From Desulfurococcaceae archaeon (GTDB taxonomy: Archaea > Thermoproteota > Thermoprotei_A > Sulfolobales > Desulfurococcaceae): a DNA stretch of 13,359 nucleotides. Shown here piece by piece: positions 8,599 to 13,359 of the stretch. The position numbers and the translations under genes were made by a program. The stretch lies in the NCBI GenBank assembly GCA_038888155.1, contig JAWAJB010000026.1, positions 1 to 13,359 of the forward strand, written 5' to 3'. Each line of letters opens with the position of its first letter. Within the stretch, counting starts at the first letter, position 1. Under the pieces are notes generated by a model. It saw only the letters and a program-made list of their open reading frames with translations, was not told where the DNA came from and ran no database searches.

Positions 8599-9410
8599 CT
8601 ATGGGATTTTTGCTGCAGCTGGTGGTGATGGGGTTGAGCCTGGGATTTGTGTCCAGGGTTGGTAGGCTCCTGTTTCAGGGTCTTTTGAGGTGTACCATAT
8701 GCTCCTTCCATCTCTACCTACGACGATGAAGTGTAGCCTGCCGCCGCTTAGGAAGGCGAGTGGAGTTGTTGAGGTACGACCTCCAGCTACATTCTCCCAC
8801 CCAATCCAACCTGAAAGAGGCCTCCACGTGTTAAGGTATATCAGGTCACCCCCACCGCAGACAGTTAACCATACGCTGTACCCATCGCTTCCTAGGTAGG
8901 GAGCGCTTGCTGCAGAACCAGGAATTTGCTTCCACCCAGAGTAGGCCCCTGTTGTCCAGTTAAGCGTGGTATGCTATAAGCTCTTGCCATCACTACCCCT
9001 CACCACAATATGCAAGTGGGAGAATGTTGCAGCAGCAGAAGTCGAGCCAGTGGGCGAGGCTATCCAACCAGACCAGCTGTTAACTATTCCTGTAATAATA
9101 GATCCCGTTATTGCTACCTCTAACTACGAGCACTCCCCTGTAAGGTTAACGAGCGCCGGCTTGGGGAGAGAGTGTTCCTGGGAGCTTCATCTAGCCGCTG
9201 AAAGACCCCCCCTAGGTTTAGGCATATAGCGGAATGAAGCGCATACCGTTATCCTTTCATCAATGTAAACGTAGTCACTACGCACCGTACTCAACGCAAA
9301 AGAGGGAAACTCGATCGTTGAAGCGGGCAGCTAGATTCAAGCTTCACACGAGCCTGCTCTATAACCTCTATAGATTCCTCTGTAAATCGGCTGACAGCGA
9401 GGACACAAAA
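8599..9410 (-). pseudogene. Decayed fourth beta-propeller gene
   Basis: Manual translation 9060->8599: ASPTGSTSAAATFSHLHIVVRGSDGKSL*HTTLNWTTGAYSGWKQIPGSAASAPYLGSDGYSVWLTVCGGGDLIYLNTWRPLSGWIGWENVAGGRTSTTPLAFLSGGRLHFIVVGRDGRSIWYTSKDPETGAYQPWTQIPGSTPSPPAAAKIP*. Upstream frameshifted pieces read LVVRGSNNGIYYY, FSG*MKLPG, PKPAL and RGIYRGYRAGSCEA*I*LPASTIEFP. The upstream boundary is approximate. Confidence 0.88.
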
Positions 9411-9908
9411 GTAGGGTTCGGCCCCTAAGTAACAGATTGTTGCTATCATAGCACCTAATCCCCCCTTCCTTACCATGTGTAAGTTAGAGGCAGACTGGCT
9501 TCTTGAACACACGCTACAAATGCGCGATTTCCAATCATAACATCCCCTACACGCCATATTTCGAAAACGGAAAAGCTAGCTTATCAAAGCTTCTCCCCTT
9601 TCGCATAGCACCTGATGATAATGAATCTGATTCTTATGGTCTTGAAAGCTTCTACGCCGAGACTTGATATCGCATAAAAGCGAAACCGCTCAGAAATCTG
9701 CTGGCCTCTCAGCTCTGCACGCACAACCGAGCTGGGAACACCGACTATACTTCCAGCTTCACCCACGCTTTAACCAGTGGGCACCCCTCCAATCAGCCCT
9801 AAGCAAATCACCGTTCCAGATCTGCGACCAGTCACTACCGCGCTTCTGAAAACCAGCGTACCGTGCACGGGAGATGTGACATATTAAGACAACTTTGTTG
9901 AGATAATA

Positions 9909-10745
9909 TTAATTAGCAACCTCGCTCCTTGACAACCTTACGGCGTTGGAAGCTAGGATGTACGTCGAGAATCCTAAGCGCTTGATCCTGTACCCCTTCC
10001 CTAGTAGCAAGCCAATGGTGTTCTTCACGTTTCGAGTAAGCTCGACAACGATGAAATCGGTCTTCCTCAGCGCGTTATCCGCCCCCTTAAGTACCTCGTA
10101 CTCGGCTCCCTCCACATCAACCTTCATCAACCTAACCTCGGGATAGCTGCAAAGCACACCGTCCAAATCAACACACTCGATATCAACAGTAGCACCCTTT
10201 CCTCTATTCAGGACGGCAGAGGCTAAACCAAAGAACTTGCCCTGGGGAATAGCCAACTTCACATGCCCCCTTGAGCTCCACGCGCACTTCCCAACGACAG
10301 TCACGAGATCCTCCAACCGGTTAAGCCGGAGGTTTATTCTGAGAACCGCCAGCGTCTGAGGCACTGGCTCCACAGCTATGACTTTGCAACCCTTCCTTGC
10401 AGCCAGCAACGTGTAGTAACCAACGTTAGCTCCTACATCTACAAACACGTCACCAGAGCGAAGCATGCGCCTGATCGCTAGATCGACACTCCCTTCCCTC
10501 CCAGGAAGCAAATGGTACAAATCATCCGTCCCACCTCTCGCATACACCGTTAACCCCTCAGAGGACAAGTACAAGCCGGATAGAAGCAGTAAGGGATTGC
10601 TCGGTTTTACAATTAAGGATGCAAGAATGTCTGCAAGCGCGCTTACAAAAAGATTTAACTGTGAGGTGAGCGTTAAACCGCGAAAGCTGTGAATAATCCT
10701 ACGCCAGATAAAAGCCCTAGCGAGAGCACGCATTAAGCGCGACAT
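9909..10745 (-). CDS. FkbM family SAM-dependent methyltransferase
   Basis: Motifs DVFVDVGANVGYYTL, VIAVEP, LRINLRLN and LMKVDVEGAEYEVLKGA. Starts 6 nt after the GT4 stop, so probably co-transcribed. Confidence 0.93.
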   Translation of the reverse strand: MSRLMRALARAFIWRRIIHSFRGLTLTSQLNLFVSALADILASLIVKPSNPLLLLSGLYLSSEGLTVYARGGTDDLYHLLPGREGSVDLAIRRMLRSGDVFVDVGANVGYYTLLAARKGCKVIAVEPVPQTLAVLRINLRLNRLEDLVTVVGKCAWSSRGHVKLAIPQGKFFGLASAVLNRGKGATVDIECVDLDGVLCSYPEVRLMKVDVEGAEYEVLKGADNALRKTDFIVVELTRNVKNTIGLLLGKGYRIKRLGFSTYILASNAVRLSRSEVAN

Positions 10746-10751
10746 TACGCC

Positions 10752-12005
10752 TTACCCGCCTTTACGCTCCGATAAAACCCTCTCGTACAATTGAATGATC
10801 TTACAGATTCTCTTTTCGATATTAAAACTCTCTTCAGCAAGCCGCCGACCATTCATGCCCATCCTCCTCGCCTCACTCGGGTTATCAATAAAGTACAAAA
10901 TCCTTTCGGCGATAGCCTGAGAGTCGCGGGGAGGAACGAGAAAACCGTTAAAGCCATCTATTATCTGATCCTTAATCCCACCCACGCTTGAACCGATCAC
11001 CGGCTTCCCCGAAGCAAGGGCCTCCGTCACGACTAAGCCCCAAGCTTCCTGAAGCGATGGCACAATTACAACATCGCAGGCAGCGTAGTAAAGGTGAAGA
11101 AGGGCCTGCGGTATAGCTCCAGTAAAGATAATTCGATCTGCAACACCTAACTCCTTAGCGAGCTCCTCGTGGTATCGTCTCTGCGGACCCTCACCACCTA
11201 CCACAAAGAGAACGTCCTCCCTACGGCTTACAACGTAAGGGACGGCGCGGATCATGTACTCTATCCCGTATTTAGGTGCATGAGGCCTTACCGTGAAGAC
11301 TAAGAAACAATCTAAAGGTAAGCCGAGCCTCCTTCGAGCTTCGAGAGGATCTATATTGGGATTGAATCGTTCGAGATCAACACCGTTGAATATCAGATGA
11401 ACTTTATCTTTACTCTTCATTATCCTTCTAACTTCCCTGTACAGCGCCCTACTATTGCAAATCACAGCATCCGCCGCATTCAGCACTTTCCTGACGAGAA
11501 AATCATACCTTTTACTAAGCCTCACTCCGTACCCGATGGATGGCTCCGTCAAAATGTCGTAGCCGTGCACCGTAATAATCAGCGGCTTGCCAACTTTAAC
11601 CGCTGCCAAATAGCCTACTAACCCCTCAGGATAGGCGAAATGCGCATGGACAAGATCCAGAGCCCGAAGCAACTCCGCAGCATGCATCGCGTAATAACTC
11701 TCCAGGTACATATTGGATAAATTCCTAAAAACCCCTAAAGGAAGGTTTCTCATTAAACTATAAATTAAAGCATCCATTACTTTAAGATTCATTTTTGGTT
11801 TTATACTGTGAAAATGAACACCATAAGATAGGCAGTACCCACCGGACTTTTCAGGGTCTAACCTAACAACATGAACCTCTACCCCCCTCTTAGCTAGCCT
11901 CACCACTTCATCAAACACAAACGAGTATGGTATAGCTTCAGGAGACGTACCGACGCGAGCCGAAACTACCAATACTCCAAGATCAACCAGACCCATACTA
12001 AACAC
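10752..12005 (-). CDS. Glycosyltransferase family 4 (GT-B fold)
   Basis: Motifs LVHAHFAYP, ITVHGYDI, IFNGVDLERF, KYGIEYMIRA and PSLQEAWGLVVTEALASGKPVIGSSVGGIKDQIIDGFNGFLV (EX7E). Start is GTG 12005 or ATG 11996. Confidence 0.95.
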   Translation of the reverse strand: MFSMGLVDLGVLVVSARVGTSPEAIPYSFVFDEVVRLAKRGVEVHVVRLDPEKSGGYCLSYGVHFHSIKPKMNLKVMDALIYSLMRNLPLGVFRNLSNMYLESYYAMHAAELLRALDLVHAHFAYPEGLVGYLAAVKVGKPLIITVHGYDILTEPSIGYGVRLSKRYDFLVRKVLNAADAVICNSRALYREVRRIMKSKDKVHLIFNGVDLERFNPNIDPLEARRRLGLPLDCFLVFTVRPHAPKYGIEYMIRAVPYVVSRREDVLFVVGGEGPQRRYHEELAKELGVADRIIFTGAIPQALLHLYYAACDVVIVPSLQEAWGLVVTEALASGKPVIGSSVGGIKDQIIDGFNGFLVPPRDSQAIAERILYFIDNPSEARRMGMNGRRLAEESFNIEKRICKIIQLYERVLSERKGG

Positions 12006-12640
12006 TTCGGTTAGATCAACTTTAGTTCACGAGGACTCTTTTTCAAGCAGTATATTCATCTATATCACGAACAACTTAACCATCTCCAGATTTGGAGGGC
12101 TTTACCTTGTGCAATCGATGGAGAAGGTAAGAATAATAAATTATTAAAAGTATTACTGTAAGTAATATATATTTAAACGTTTTCGTTATAGAAAAAAGTC
12201 ATCATACACATTGGAAATTGAGGAAAAATTAATTCTTGAACCAACAGTTGAAATATTCAGATCGTGATAGTTACTATTACCTTGTAAGTACTTGATGTTT
12301 ATAGTGCCATCTTCTATAAGCATCTCTCCAGTAAAAACGGTCCTGCAAGCCTTTGAGAGTAAGTATTGAGAACAGCTTCAGCCGAGGTAATCGAGAAGTC
12401 CCTCGCTAGCAGAGTTAGATTTCCTGCAAGCGATAGAGGCTTATCTAACCTAGGAGTGTGCGAAACCCTTCCTTTGAATAAATAAGAACCGTGCTCTGTG
12501 GCGGTAAAGCGACGTTCGCACACTTCGCCTCTACGTAGTAGCCGTAACCACTCGTTATCGCGATGTAGTCAACCTCGAGAAAGAGAGAGCCAAATCCAAA
12601 ATCATGTCTTTATTGAAATACAGGGATTAAGATCCTTTTG

Positions 12641-12945
12641 ATGCCCGGTTACAGGGTCAAGATGATCGTGAAAGAGGTTGGGGGGACTGTGCTCTTGGCT
12701 ACAAGCCTGGGGACATGTTTGAAGTAGAGAAGTTCTACATACCGGTGCGTCAACATAGAATCTGCCTGCACTTGCTGATCGGCGTATCCACCCTGCTAGT
12801 ACCCTTCCTAAAGGGCGTTTCAGCCCGCGACCTAGGGATAGGGAGGGGGGACGACGTGGGGTACGTTCAGTGCCCAGACCCTGGGAAGCCTCACACCAGT
12901 GGGGGAACAGTCGTGCTAGAGTTGAGAAGGGAGAGGGTAAGCTAG
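12641..12945 (+). pseudogene. TIGR04076-family-like small Cys protein, frameshifted in a G6 run
   Basis: ATG 12641 gives MPGYRVKMIVKEVG. Adding one base at 12680-12685 continues GDCALGYKPGDMFEVEKFYIP...ICLHLL...YVQCPDPGKPHTSGGTVVLELRRERVS*. The V-x-G-x-C-x-x-G-Y-K-x-GD-x-F / IC / CPDP pattern matches my recollection of the family. TATA-like TTTATTGA at 12609-12616. Confidence 0.75.
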
Positions 12946-13359
12946 AGAACCTCTCTCTCAATGACGTTCATAATCCTCTCAGCCGCCCGGCCGTCGCCGA
13001 ACGGCGACCTATCCGGGAGCTGCGGCGTAGCCGAAACCAACCGTTCAAGCTCAGCCAGCACCACGTTCGGGTTCAAACCGACAACCCTGGCGAAACCCGC
13101 GCTGACGGCCTCAGGCCTCTCCGTCGAATTCCTCAACACAAGCACCGGCTTCCTAACCCGAGGATGAGTAACCTCCTCTTGAACCCCTCCAGAATCCGTC
13201 AAAGCGAGCACCGAATTCTTCAAGAGAGCTACGAACTCGAAGTAGCCTTGAGGAGGCAGCAGCTGCACGTGATCCAAACCGCTCAACTGCGTGAGAAGGC
13301 CCCACTCCTCAAGCCTCCTCCTCGTTCTCGGATGCACGGGGAAAACTATTGGGATGGGA
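12942..13359 (-). CDS. wecB: UDP-N-acetylglucosamine 2-epimerase (non-hydrolysing), 5' part outside the window
   Basis: Motifs IVFPVHPRT, LTDSGGVQEE, KPVLVLRNSTERPEAVSAG and SPFGDGRAAERI. The frame is open to the window edge. Confidence 0.93.
   Translation of the reverse strand, partial: PIPIVFPVHPRTRRRLEEWGLLTQLSGLDHVQLLPPQGYFEFVALLKNSVLALTDSGGVQEEVTHPRVRKPVLVLRNSTERPEAVSAGFARVVGLNPNVVLAELERLVSATPQLPDRSPFGDGRAAERIMNVIEREVL

Noticed and set aside
8690-9557. Short ORFs 8690-8899, 8966-9229, 9234-9428 and 9291-9557
   Set aside because: Antisense or off-frame products overlapping the propeller pseudogene.
3864-10188. IS element, composite transposon or provirus
   Set aside because: The direct repeats are fkbM coding sequence; no transposase, integrase, terminal inverted repeats or tRNA att site is visible.
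12010-12600. 69-aa ORF 12314-12523 and other short minus-strand frames
   Set aside because: Possibly decayed coding DNA, but I recognise no family; a blastx search would be needed.
12602-12961. 119-aa minus-strand ORF, and an AbrB-like reading of ARDLGIGRGDDV on the plus strand
   Set aside because: The minus ORF is antisense to the TIGR04076-like gene, whose Cys pattern explains the plus-strand sequence better than AbrB does.
2140-13167. Remaining small plus-strand ORFs (2140, 3805, 5568, 6879, 9664, 9946, 10465, 10791, 11397, 12961)
   Set aside because: All but 9664 are antisense to well-supported genes or the fkbM fragment; none has recognisable motifs.

Overview
Archaeal-looking window (TATA-like boxes about 25 bp upstream of start codons, Cys-rich secreted proteins; Thermoproteota-like by inference only). 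It is a surface-glycan biosynthesis locus on the minus strand: wecB-like UDP-GlcNAc 2-epimerase (partial), a GT4 glycosyltransferase, an FkbM methyltransferase and glucose-1-phosphate thymidylyltransferase (partial, missed by the ORF track). Between FkbM and the thymidylyltransferase sits an array of four genes that share a C-terminal module of six Trp/Gly-rich ~46-aa repeats (PLL/DUF346-like beta-propeller, probable lectin): two ~770-aa paralogs with signal peptide and PPC-like/Ig-like domains, one secreted thermonuclease (SNase)-propeller fusion, and one decayed pseudogene not shown in the ORF track. The array shows recent recombination or an assembly artefact: 310-bp and 118-bp blocks identical between the paralogs, and a 244-bp copy of the FkbM 3' end 6081 bp away. 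A TIGR04076-like gene with a frameshift in a G6 run converges on wecB.
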